Shown: positions 24,682-33,985 of the stretch, piece by piece | How the letters are laid out: each line of letters opens with the position of its first letter | How positions within the stretch are numbered: position 1 is the stretch's first letter | From: Candidatus Latescibacterota bacterium | GTDB taxonomy: Bacteria; Latescibacterota; UBA2968; UBA8231 | Direction: 5' to 3' | Assembly: GCA_965206595.1 (NCBI GenBank) | Contig: OZ242214.1 | Coordinates: 5,152,001 to 5,216,000, forward strand | Length of the DNA stretch: 64,000 nucleotides | The notes under the pieces: model-generated | The model's database searches: none | Seen by the model: only the letters and a program-made list of their open reading frames with translations | What the model was told of the DNA's origin: nothing | Translations under genes and position numbers: made by a program

Positions 24682-24693
24682 GGCTGGGAACTC

Positions 24694-25380
24694 ATGGCTG
24701 GACCTGCCATACAACTCTTCGATGTCAGCAAACACTTCGGGCCTCTGGTTGCTCTGGACGGGATTTCTCTGACCATAGGGCCCGGCGAGTTCGTCCTCGT
24801 AGCAGGTCCCAACGGTGCCGGAAAAAGCACCTTTGTGCGATTGTTGTCCGGCCTGTCACAACCCACTCGTGGACGGGTGTTGATTTCCGGTTCTGAGCCG
24901 CACAAGGCATCCGCGCGGCACGCCGTTGGCTTGCTTTCGCATCAGCCCATGCTTTACGGCGACCTTTCTGCCAGAGAGAATCTCGAATTTTTCGCCCGTA
25001 TGTACGGAGTTCCGCACGAATCCCGCGTAGACACCCTGATCGCCGAGGGAGGGATCGAGCAGTTTCAGCACCGCCGGGTTTGCGAGCTTTCGCGCGGGAT
25101 GAAGCAACGCATGGCCCTCGCGCGCGCCATGGTTCAGGATCCGGGGTTGCTTCTGCTCGACGAGCCGTTCGAGGCTCTGGACGACAAAGGCTCAGGCGAC
25201 TTGCTGCGGCAGCTGCGACATCTCAAGAGTCTGGGGAAAACCGTTGTCGTCATCGCTCACCGATTCGATGAGTTGGCCGATCTCGTTACCCGCCTCGTCC
25301 TTTTGCGTGGAGGGCGCCTGCAGCGGCAATCCCCATGGGAAGGAGACGCCCGCCAGCTGCTGGCGGCCTGTACGGTTTAA
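24694..25380 (+). CDS. ccmA: Haem exporter ATP-binding protein CcmA
   Basis: 'GPNGAGKST', 'LSRGMKQR', 'LLLDEP'; ccm context. Confidence 0.85.
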   Translation: MAGPAIQLFDVSKHFGPLVALDGISLTIGPGEFVLVAGPNGAGKSTFVRLLSGLSQPTRGRVLISGSEPHKASARHAVGLLSHQPMLYGDLSARENLEFFARMYGVPHESRVDTLIAEGGIEQFQHRRVCELSRGMKQRMALARAMVQDPGLLLLDEPFEALDDKGSGDLLRQLRHLKSLGKTVVVIAHRFDELADLVTRLVLLRGGRLQRQSPWEGDARQLLAACTV

Positions 25381-25724
25381 GTCTTCCGCATTTCAGAGGG
25401 AAAACTCACGATGTCAATCTCCTCGGCCACCTTGTGCTGGAACCGGGCGCCTTCTATTTAAATCATGGTCCGCGGATACATCGACCTCGCGCGGCTGTAT
25501 ACCTTCACTCGGCAGGCCGTTTTCTTTGTTATCCGGGCAAAACGCAATCTGGCCTATCGCCAGCGTGCCTCGCGTGGCGTCGACAAAACAACCGGCGTGC
25601 GTAGCGACCAGCGCTTTGTCCTGTGCGGCCCAATAACCTCAAAAGAGTACCCCGACGCGCTTCGCCGCATAAGTTTCTTCGACAGTCGAATCGAAGAAGC
25701 GATTGGTCTTCCTGAACAACTAAT
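25381..25724 (+). pseudogene. IS4-family transposase remnant, part upstream of the nested IS (5'-truncated, frameshifted)
   Basis: Fragments 'HDVNLLGHLVLEPGAFY', 'RGYIDLARLY...FFVIRAK', 'TTGVRSDQ', 'YPDALRRI'. Confidence 0.8.
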
Positions 25725-27302
25725 GGGCGCCTTAGCCAATTGTTATAGCGTAATACAGGTGCGTATATGTATATTTTACAATACGTTGCCTTCTGCTGCC
25801 GCATCCCCTGCGGCGCGCTCCCCTGATTTCAGAAAGAAGGGGAGCGATGAGTGCCATTCTTTCTCTGGAAGTCTTTCAGGAGCGGCAGTGTCAGGAGCGC
25901 TTTCGAAGCCGAGCGCATGCCGCCTTGGACCGGTTCCAGGATCGGCTGGAGACCCCAATGAGCGAGCCCGGATCTTGTGCGCCGACGTTGATGGAGATCA
26001 CCGCGGCGGTGTCCCAAGAGCGCTGCGGGTTCACCGCGGCGTTGGTGGAAGCCTTCATCGAACGCCGCCACGGACCGTGCTTGGGGCAAGAAGAGGCGGC
26101 CTGCCCCAAGTGTGAGCGTCTTCTGCAGGCTAAGGCCGTCGCGTTCGCGCACGGTGGAAACGCTGCTGGGTGCGGTGACCTTGGAGCGGCCCTATTTCTA
26201 CTGCGCGGCCTGTCACCACGGATTCTATCCGCTGGACGAGGCCCTGGGTCTGTCGGGGCAGCGCAAGCAGTGGGACGTGCAGCAGGCCGGGGTCAAGCTG
26301 GGGCTGGAGATGCCCCACCAGCGCGCCTCGAAGCTGCTGGACGAGCTCACCGACGCATCGATGAGCGACTGTGCGCTCCACGACGTGCTGCACCGGACCG
26401 GGTCGTTGCAGGTGCTGCATGTCTGTCCGGATGCGGCCGATATCCAGGATCGCATCGCCCAGGCGGCCGCCTGGCGCAAGTGGCGGCCCATCGTGGTGTT
26501 GGCTATCGATGCGGCCGAGGTGCCCAGTCGCCCGGAGACGGCCAAAGGCACCCGGCCGGGCCGCAAGAAGAGCCGGGCTCGGCGCCAGCGCTGGCAGGGC
26601 GAGTATCGCGAAGCCAAGGGATTCCGTTTCTACCTGGTCGACGACGAACGCATCGTGCACTTGATCTCCTGGCACCAGATGGGCGACGAACAGGCCTTCG
26701 GCGCGGCCTTGCGCCAGGTCAAGGAGGCCGGCCTGCTGATCCCGGAGGACCAGGTGCGCCTGTGTGCCATCGGGGACGGAGCCCCGTGGATCTGGAAGTG
26801 GGTGGAAGAGCTGTTCCCCAGCGCCCGTCAGATCCTCGACTACTATCACTGCAGCCGCTACCTGCACGCGGTGGCAGAGGCCCAATACGGGGCCGATGCG
26901 GAACGCGCCACCCAGTGGCTGGAAGCGAGTCTGGCGCGCCTGTTCTGCGGCGAGGGCGCCGGCGTGGTCTGGGGGCTGCAGCGCATGCAGCCGGTCTCCG
27001 AAGAAGCCGACGAGGCGATCGCCTCGGCCCTGAGCTACTTGCACAAGCGCCTGCACCAGGTGGATTTCGGCAGTCACCGCAAGGGCGGATACCCGATCGG
27101 CTCGGGTGCGATCGAATCGGCGCATCGCTTCATCGGCCATGTTCGTCTGAAACGATCCGGCGCTTGGTGGTATAAGGAAAACAGCAACGCCATTCTCGCC
27201 TTGCGCTGCGCCCTATACAATGGAACCCTTGATCGGGTCTTTCAGCAGCACCGCGATACCCTCGAACGACCACCGTAATCGCAACAATCAGCTAAGGCTC
27301 CC
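25725..27302 (+). mobile_element. ISKra4-like insertion sequence (1578 bp)
   Basis: Terminal IRs GGGCGCCTTAGCCAATTGTT / AACAATCAGCTAAGGCTCCC; flanked by 8-bp near-duplication CAACTAAT (25717-24) / CAACCAAT (27303-10). Confidence 0.85.
25847..27278 (+). pseudogene. ISKra4-like transposase with frameshift near 26130
   Basis: Zn-finger 'CPKC' in one frame and 'YCAAC' in the next; 'GDGAPWIW', 'ILDYYH', 'PIGSGAIES', 'RLKRSGAWW'. Confidence 0.8.
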
Positions 27303-27651
27303 CAACCAATTCCTCCTCCCTCCTTTGACCATCGCCCAGTTGTATCGATGTTGCTGGCAGGTGGAGTTGTTCTTCAAATGGATCAAGCACCTGCGCATCA
27401 AGGCCTTTTGCGTTACCTCCGAAAACGCGGTAAAAGACTAAAATTTGGATCGCCATCAGCATGTACGTGCTCGTGGCCATCGAGAAGAAGCAGCTGTAAG
27501 TCGACCCGCAGTCTCTCCGAAATTCTGCAAATTCTCACCGTTACGGTTTTAGAAAGTCGATATTTTACACTTACAGAAGCCCATTTCCAAAACCAATCAG
27601 AATACCTTTGTAACCAGTTGAATTTATTCGACTTATAACGGAACACTACTG
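27303..27651 (+). pseudogene. IS4-family transposase remnant, C-terminal part and putative right end
   Basis: 'TIAQLYRCCWQVELFFKWIK' (degenerate Y-2-R-3-E-6-K signature), 'SENAVK', 'QLNLFDL', then putative terminus TAACGGAACACTACTG. Confidence 0.8.
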
Positions 27652-27679
27652 CCTCGAGGTATATCCGCGAGTTTGGAGT

Positions 27680-28405
27680 ATGAAGAGAACTGGACGAGTG
27701 GGTGCTTCCCTGACTAGGCAAATCGGCACGATCCTGTGGAAGGACACGACGCTCGAGTGGCGCACGAAAGCCCGGCTTGTCCCCACGGCTTTTTTCGTGC
27801 TCCTGATGCTGCTGGTGTTCAACTTTTCCTTCGAACTGGGCGGAGCCGCCTTGACCGAGATCGGCCCGGGGGTATTGTGGGGGGCTTTTATTTTCGCGAG
27901 CCTGTTCGGGCTCAACCAGACCTTTGCGTCGGAGCGGGATAATCACTGTCTGGATGCGCTTCTGCTGTCCTCCGGAAGTCCCTCCGCTCTCTACTTGGCC
28001 AAGATGCTGGGGAACGTCCTTTTTCTGCTCGTAGTTGAAATGATCAGCATGCCCGCCTTCGCGCTCTTTTTCAACCTCTCCCTCAGCCCTCCGCTGATAC
28101 TCTTGCTTCCCGTTCTGGTGCTGGGCTCTGCAGGGCTGGCGGCGGTGGGAACACTGTTTGCCGCCATGGCGCAACAAACGCGGCTTCGCGAGTTCATTCT
28201 TCCCATGCTGATACTGCCAGTTATAGTGCCCCTGGTCATATCCTGCGTTGAGGCAACAACCGCGGCATTGGAGCAGGTGCGCCTCGGCCTGCAGGCGGGT
28301 CTGCGTGCCGAGTGGTGGCGGCATCTGCAGATACTCGCCGTGTATACGTTGGTTTTCACTACGCTGTCGACAATGTTGTTCGGCTACGTAGTCGAGGAAT
28401 CCTGA
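27680..28405 (+). CDS. ccmB: Haem exporter permease CcmB
   Basis: 'ILWKDTTLEWR', 'PGVLW', 'FASERDNHCLDALLL', 'LPMLILPVIVP'. Confidence 0.9.
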   Translation: MKRTGRVGASLTRQIGTILWKDTTLEWRTKARLVPTAFFVLLMLLVFNFSFELGGAALTEIGPGVLWGAFIFASLFGLNQTFASERDNHCLDALLLSSGSPSALYLAKMLGNVLFLLVVEMISMPAFALFFNLSLSPPLILLLPVLVLGSAGLAAVGTLFAAMAQQTRLREFILPMLILPVIVPLVISCVEATTAALEQVRLGLQAGLRAEWWRHLQILAVYTLVFTTLSTMLFGYVVEES

Positions 28406-28410
28406 CCCTA

Positions 28411-29085
28411 ATGGGGTCCCGCTTTCTGTCGATTTGCGTGTTCGCCGCAATGCTGCTTGCCTTGGCAGCGGTCTTTCTGTACGCACCGACCGAGCGGGAA
28501 ATGGGAGAGGTGCAAAGGATCTTCTACTTCCACGTCCCGGCAGCCATGACCGCCTTCGCTGCTTTTTTCATCGTCTTCATCGGCAGCATCGCCTACCTCA
28601 ACACGCGTCAGGCACGCTGGGACCAAATCGCCCTGGCCGCGGCGGAACTCGGGGTCCTGTTTTCAACCATCAACCTCGTAACCGGTCCGCTGTGGGCAAA
28701 GCCGGTCTGGGGTGTGTACTGGCGCTGGGAACCACGCCTGACGACGATGCTTATAACCTTCGCCATGTACGTCGCCTACCTGATGGTTCGCGCCTACGCA
28801 TCCGGCGAAGCGAACCAGATGCGACCCATCGCCGCGGTGCTTGGGATCGTCGCGTTCGTCAATATTCCGCTCGTTTACTACTCGGTGGATTTGTGGGCGC
28901 CGGAGCAGCAACTGCACCCACAGCGGGGAATCCAGATCGCGCCGGAGATGGCGCAGACGAAATACCTCTGTTATCTGGCTTTCGGATTGCTGTTCTTCTA
29001 CCTGCTGAGATTGAGGGTGGAGTTGGAACGCTCCGCAGGGGTTCTCGAAGAAATTCGATTCCGCTTCCGGCAGTCCGACTCGTGA
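28411..29085 (+). CDS. ccmC: Haem exporter/cytochrome c biogenesis protein CcmC
   Basis: 'RIFYFHVP', WWD domain 'GPLWAKPVWGVYWRWEPRLT', 'LHP'. Confidence 0.93.
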   Translation: MGSRFLSICVFAAMLLALAAVFLYAPTEREMGEVQRIFYFHVPAAMTAFAAFFIVFIGSIAYLNTRQARWDQIALAAAELGVLFSTINLVTGPLWAKPVWGVYWRWEPRLTTMLITFAMYVAYLMVRAYASGEANQMRPIAAVLGIVAFVNIPLVYYSVDLWAPEQQLHPQRGIQIAPEMAQTKYLCYLAFGLLFFYLLRLRVELERSAGVLEEIRFRFRQSDS

Positions 29086-29138
29086 AGCAGGCGGCCGTGC
29101 CGCCGGTCACAACACTCGAACTCCCGAAAGGGTTTCCG

Positions 29139-29300
29139 ATGCAGACCGATCCCAACCTCGCCTATCTGTTCGCGGCTTGCACCGCTGTCTGGGTCATCCT
29201 GTTCGCTTACGTCGCGCACCTGAAAAAACGCAGCTCTTCCCTGGCTGAGCAGTTGCGCCATCTGTCCTTTTCCACTCGAGCAACAAACGACGAAAGTTGA
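29139..29300 (+). CDS. ccmD: CcmD-like small membrane protein
   Basis: 53 aa 'MQTDPNLAYLFAACTAVWVILFAYVAHLKKR...' directly after ccmC. Confidence 0.7.
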   Translation: MQTDPNLAYLFAACTAVWVILFAYVAHLKKRSSSLAEQLRHLSFSTRATNDES

Positions 29301-29376
29301 TATTAATCAATTGTTTATGGCGATTTAGTTTGTTCGGCAGATGCTGTTGACACGCTTTTTTGCAGCGTGTTATATT
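29297..29376 (+). promoter_or_regulatory. Sigma70-type promoter with upstream FNR-box/IHF-site matches
   Basis: TTGACA (29347) - 18 nt - TATATT (29371) with extended TG; TTGATattaATCAA at 29297-29310; AATCAAttgtTTA at 29305-29317. Confidence 0.55.
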
Positions 29377-29425
29377 TCGCCAACGTAGCGGGCAACCCTT
29401 CCTCTGCTCAAAGTGCGCGGCTACC

Positions 29426-30061
29426 ATGGTTGAGATGCAGGTACGAGAAATACAGGCCAATTCCGGGCCCTATCACCGTGTTGTCCTCCAAGAGAAGGAG
29501 GGTGCCTCCTACCTGCATATCAGGATCGGACCCAGCGAAGCCGGGGCTATTTCCGCTGCCCGCAATGGTCAGAGGCCGGTGCGTCCACTGAGTTATGATC
29601 TAGCCTGCGCGTTGCTCACGGAAATAAACGCCCGCATCGAGCGGGTCGAAATCACCGCCCTCCGCGACGGCATCTATTACGCCGAGATTCACCTCCAAAG
29701 TGCAGACGGCACAGCCACCGCCATCGATTCGCGCCCGAGCGACGCGATTGCCCTCGCTTTGCGGACAGATGCGCCGATTTTCGCCTCTGAAGACGTGCTC
29801 GAGGAGGGGGATGAAAATGCCCTGGAGCCGTCCAGACCCCCGGAACCCGCGCGTAGCAAGCCCCCCCTCAAGAAACCGGGTTTCCGCGAGTTTCCCTGCA
29901 CAGGGATGAAAGAAATGTCCGGCCGGCCGACCTGCGACGACGATACATCGAGCGCGCTCGATGTATTGAAGAGGCGCTTGAGGCACGCGGTGTCGGAGGA
30001 AGCATACGAAGAAGCGGCGCGACTTCGCGACTGCATCACCGAACTCCAGCGCCAACCCTGA
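29426..30061 (+). CDS. Bifunctional nuclease (DUF151) with C-terminal UVR domain
   Basis: 'IRIGPSEAGAI', 'RPLSYDL', 'IDSRPSDAIALALR', UVR 'EEAYEEAARLRD'. Confidence 0.88.
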   Translation: MVEMQVREIQANSGPYHRVVLQEKEGASYLHIRIGPSEAGAISAARNGQRPVRPLSYDLACALLTEINARIERVEITALRDGIYYAEIHLQSADGTATAIDSRPSDAIALALRTDAPIFASEDVLEEGDENALEPSRPPEPARSKPPLKKPGFREFPCTGMKEMSGRPTCDDDTSSALDVLKRRLRHAVSEEAYEEAARLRDCITELQRQP

Positions 30062-30075
30062 ACGCGGCATTGCGG

Positions 30076-30789
30076 ATGAAGACTGAGAGCTCAAAATCCA
30101 CTGGCGCTCTTGTGGAGATGTCCGTCCTCAGAGTGAGCCCTTTTCCTCGCGCCGAAAAACCGCTCCTCTGGCTGTGTGAAAAGAACGCAGATGTGCCGCG
30201 GTTGCTCCCGATCGCCATAGGTGAATTCGAGGCAGCCGCTATCCTGATGAAACTCCGTCCAGACCAGCCTCCGCTGCGACCTATCTCCCACGACTTGTTG
30301 ACGACCATGCTCAAGCGCCTGAACGCGGGTGCACAAAGAATCGTCATTCACTCCGTGCACAATTCCACTTTCTACGCGACCGTAGTCCTGGAAATCGACG
30401 GAGTCCTGCACGAGGTAGACGCCAGGCCTTCCGATGCCGTGGCCATGGGACTGCGGGCGAAGGTCCCCCTGTATGCGACGAGGAAGGTTCTGGACGTGGC
30501 TGGATACCCAAGCGGCGAATCCATTGACAAGGCGATCGAATACTTCTACGAGTTCGACCCTCAGATTGTCGATAATGTCGGGACAGACCCCGAGCTCCAA
30601 GGGCTTGATGCCTGCATTCCTCACTCGGAGGAGGAGGAAACCGGTCTCGCCTGTACGGAAGCCACCCACTCTCACAGACTGAAACTGCTGCGCGATCTGC
30701 TCGAAATAGCCGTCATCTGCGAGGAATACGAAAAAGCTGCGGAGTTGCGTGACGAGATTGCCCGCTCCACCTCAGGGCACGACTCGTAA
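30076..30789 (+). CDS. Bifunctional nuclease (DUF151) with UVR domain, second paralogue
   Basis: 'LPIAIGEFEA', 'RPISHDL', 'VDARPSDAVA', 'EEYEKAAELRDEI'. Confidence 0.88.
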   Translation: MKTESSKSTGALVEMSVLRVSPFPRAEKPLLWLCEKNADVPRLLPIAIGEFEAAAILMKLRPDQPPLRPISHDLLTTMLKRLNAGAQRIVIHSVHNSTFYATVVLEIDGVLHEVDARPSDAVAMGLRAKVPLYATRKVLDVAGYPSGESIDKAIEYFYEFDPQIVDNVGTDPELQGLDACIPHSEEEETGLACTEATHSHRLKLLRDLLEIAVICEEYEKAAELRDEIARSTSGHDS

Positions 30790-30830
30790 TCACGGTTTGG
30801 TCCCTAGGTCTCGACCCGACTGAAATTACT

Positions 30831-31346
30831 TTGAATTTTCTGGGTATGGTCCATCTCGATTTTCAAGCTCGGTTTGGGTCAGCGATCCTCGCCTCGTTGT
30901 GGCTGCTTGCAAGTGCTTGCGGGGATTCAACTGACGAACGCAGGTATTCAACGCCTGCGGCTACCTACAAAACCTACCGACAAGCCGTGGAAAGGAACGA
31001 CGCGGTCGGGGCTTGGGATTGTCTGGCAGCGAGCTACCGGAAAGCCGACTTCGAAGGAAACCTGGAACACTGGAAGGACAACTGGCCGGAGCAGCGCCGG
31101 GCTTTGGAAAGGGACTTGGCGAAGCGGGAGATCGTCGAAGAGCGCGAAATCAACAATCGAATCGCCTATCTGCTGTTCGATGTCAATACCGGCAAAGGCG
31201 AATCGCCAACGTCTCCCTATTTCTACTTTCTCCGCGAGGACGATCTGCGCAATAAAGGCTGGAAGATAACCTCCTATCTCGACAGCACTTTCCACCAGGA
31301 ACTCGAACGAGCCATCGCGAGCGGCGAGTACTCGGTGCCTCGCTGA
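30831..31346 (+). CDS. Hypothetical lipoprotein
   Basis: Lipobox-like 'LASAC'; coherent 171 aa ORF. Confidence 0.55.
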   Translation: MNFLGMVHLDFQARFGSAILASLWLLASACGDSTDERRYSTPAATYKTYRQAVERNDAVGAWDCLAASYRKADFEGNLEHWKDNWPEQRRALERDLAKREIVEEREINNRIAYLLFDVNTGKGESPTSPYFYFLREDDLRNKGWKITSYLDSTFHQELERAIASGEYSVPR

Positions 31347-31558
31347 CCAGAGAAGGCCGCCATCTTCGGGCGGCTGTTCACCTGACCCCCTCCCCCGGTT
31401 TCGATTTATCCCCTGTTTACTGCAACTGCACCCGGTATGGCTCTATACCAGGCATGCTTGATATGCATAGCGCCAAATTCTTGCACATTGGAACTGCGCC
31501 GGCCTATTTTGGCCTTGCTTTGCGGTGACTGCAGCAAACCTGGGAGGAGGAAGGATAC

Positions 31559-32092
31559 GTGCCATCGTCGCTTTTCAGGAGTTGTGCAGCAGGAATGGTC
31601 GTCTGCATGATTGGGATGGTCCCGCCGTCAACCGCCCAGAAGGGCAGAACCATGTTCGGCGAAAATCAGGTTGAGACGATCAAAGCGATGAAAAAGATCG
31701 TCAAGGCGATCGGCGTGAAGCAGTGCACCTATTGCCACATCAAAAAGGGCGGAAAACCGAAATTCGACCTTGAAACACCGAACAAGGAAATTGCCCGGCA
31801 TATGAAGCAGGGTTTCATCGACAGTTTGGTTTCACGGGGTCGGGTGGAGCTGAGCCTTTCGGAGTCGGGTTACAAAACCGGTGTGGTCGCCGTGTACATT
31901 TCCTCGGGCGAAAACGCGGGAATTCACCTGACAGCCACAACCGGAGCTGCGCTTGAGGAAGGTGAGAATCTGCCCGATGGTGTTGTGGCATTGAGGTATG
32001 CAGGTATGGTTGCCTTGCCAGAAGAAGGGGAAGACATTACGTGCATGACCTGCCACAACCGCAAATTGCACTTCCTGACCTCATCCAATTAA
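31559..32092 (+). CDS. Exported dihaem c-type cytochrome resembling half of the PufC reaction-centre cytochrome
   Basis: GGAGG RBS, signal peptide, 'MKKIVKAIGVKQCTYCH', 'KEIARHM', 'ITCMTCH'. Confidence 0.75.
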   Translation: MPSSLFRSCAAGMVVCMIGMVPPSTAQKGRTMFGENQVETIKAMKKIVKAIGVKQCTYCHIKKGGKPKFDLETPNKEIARHMKQGFIDSLVSRGRVELSLSESGYKTGVVAVYISSGENAGIHLTATTGAALEEGENLPDGVVALRYAGMVALPEEGEDITCMTCHNRKLHFLTSSN

Positions 32093-32516
32093 CGCCTCCC
32101 TCGTTTCGCTGAGGCGTCCAGACAACCTGCTTCCTTCTTGTCCTCTTGGGACGCTTGGCCCCCAGCGCTCCCCGAGGATGGACACCTTTCCGCCTAATCC
32201 GCCCGCGGGCGACCCTCTTGCTGCTGTCACTGCTGGTCTTTCCGCTTGCCCGGTTGCGGTTTTACCGCTGATCGCGATTTCGAAACGCCTTGGGTTGATC
32301 GCCGTGGAGTTCAGCCTCTTGGGGGTGCTTTTTCGTCTGGCGCCGTTTGCTACTGCCTGGACCCGTCCGTGATCCGCCCACGCAGTCCCAATGCCCTATC
32401 CCTGGCAAACGAAAACATGCGCGGCCCTACCGGTATCGTGTTTCGGCTCGGCATTGTCCCGATCTTAGTTGATTCTCTCGTAAAAACCCTACGTCCTTCA
32501 AAATGTCCGTGTTGCC

Positions 32517-32564
32517 ATACAACATATAGTGTATGCGTCGCCTTAGTTGGCCAATATATAGTAG
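32517..32564. promoter_or_regulatory. Tandem NrdR-box-like operators inside the IS256 left end
   Basis: ATACAACATATAGTGT (32517-32) and GGCCAATATATAGTAG (32549-64), starts 32 bp apart. Confidence 0.6.
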
Positions 32565-32712
32565 CGCTTTAACGTGCTGAGTCGCTGAACATCCTCAAAA
32601 TGGGGTTTATATGAAGGAGTCTTAGTTGAAACAGCACAGGCTCCTCTCGCTACCTTGGTACGGGAAGTTTTTTTCGGAAAACCTCGTATCAGGTAACAGA
32701 AAGGAGCCTGCC

Positions 32713-33985
32713 ATGAGCAAGCTATCAGGACCCCGGAAGCAGGTCAAACGCAGCCTGGAAATCGGCCCCGTGAATGCGGAGGCCGCCGCCCTTACCGGCG
32801 ATCTGGATACGCGCATCGAGGTGATCCAATGCCTGATTCCTTTGGGGCTGCAAGCCGTCGCCGAGGAATTGCAACGGGCGGTCGAGGAGTTGGCCGGGCC
32901 GCGCTATCAGCGCAAGGGGGCCGAGCAGCCGGTGCGCCGCTGGGGATCTCAGTCCGGATCGGTGTATCTGGGCGATCAGAAACTGAGGGTCGAAGTGCCG
33001 CGAGTGCGCAATGTGGCCAGCCGGACCGAGGTGCCGCTGGCCGTCTACCAGGCCCTGCAGAGGCCCCGGAACCAGGACGAGGGCCTGTTGCTGCGCGTGT
33101 TGAAAGGGATCGCCACGCGCGACTACGAGGCCTGCGCCGAGACCGTCCCGGCCGCCTTCGGCCTGTCCGGTTCCTCGGTGTCGCGCCGCTACGTGAAAGG
33201 CACGGCGCGGAAGCTGGCCGAATTCCAGGAGCGATCCCTGGAAGGATACGATCTGGTGGCGCTGTTTCTCGACGGCAAGAGCTTCGCCGACGAAGAAATC
33301 CTCATCGCGCTGGGGGTCACCCTGGACGGACACAAGATTCCGCTGGGCTTCGTGCAGGCGGCCACCGAGAACGAGCGCGTCTGCCGGCGCTTCCTGTCCG
33401 ATCTGGTCGAACGAGGCTTGCAGTATGAAGCCGGACTGCTGGTCGTCCTCGACGGCGGCAAGGGACTGTACAAGGCGGTGCGGTCGGTGCTGAAAGGGCA
33501 TGCCTGCGTGCAGCGCTGCCAGTATCACAAGCGCCAGAACGTCGTCTCGTATCTGCCCAAGAGCGAGCAGGCCCGGATCCGTCACAAAATGGAAGCGGCC
33601 TACGGGCAAGCGACGTACGAGGAGGCCAAGGCTGCCCTGGAGGCGCTCAAACCGGGCTTGGAGCTGACGAACCATCCGCCCTGCGCAGCCCTCGAGGAAG
33701 GGCTGGAAGAGACGCTGACGCTGCCCCCGTTTGGGGCTGATGCCGATGCTGAAGAATTCCTTCCGTACCACCAACTGTATCGAGAACGTCAACGGTCTCC
33801 TGGAGCAGTTGACGCATAACGTGCGGCGCTGGAGCAACTCATCGCAGCGCCACCGCTGGGTAGCCACGGCGCTGTTGGACATCGAACCGCGTCTGCGCCG
33901 GGTCAAGGGCTACCGTCACTCACCGACGATGCGGCACGCCCTGCAAGGCGAGCTCGGTATCAAACAGCTCGCTATGACGGGCTGA
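32713..33985 (+). pseudogene. IS256-family (Mutator-type DDE) transposase with frameshift near 33725
   Basis: 'LFLDGK', 'VVLDGGKGL', 'QRCQYHK'; C-terminus 'RTTNCIENVN' in a different frame. Confidence 0.85.

Noticed and set aside
25465-26115. 216-aa ORF
   Set aside because: Chimera reading from the IS4 remnant across the insertion junction into the ISKra4-like left end.
31510-31523. Possible sigma54 promoter TGGC...TTGC upstream of the cytochrome gene
   Set aside because: GG-to-GC spacing is one base shorter than the strict -24/-12 consensus.
32110-32160. GAAGGAAGCAG on the minus strand resembling SRP RNA domain IV
   Set aside because: The stem around the tetraloop does not pair as required and no long enclosing helix was found.
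26120-33730. Programmed frameshifting in the two transposases (~26130 and ~33725)
   Set aside because: No slippery heptamer or stimulatory structure seen; single-base indels from decay or assembly error are simpler.
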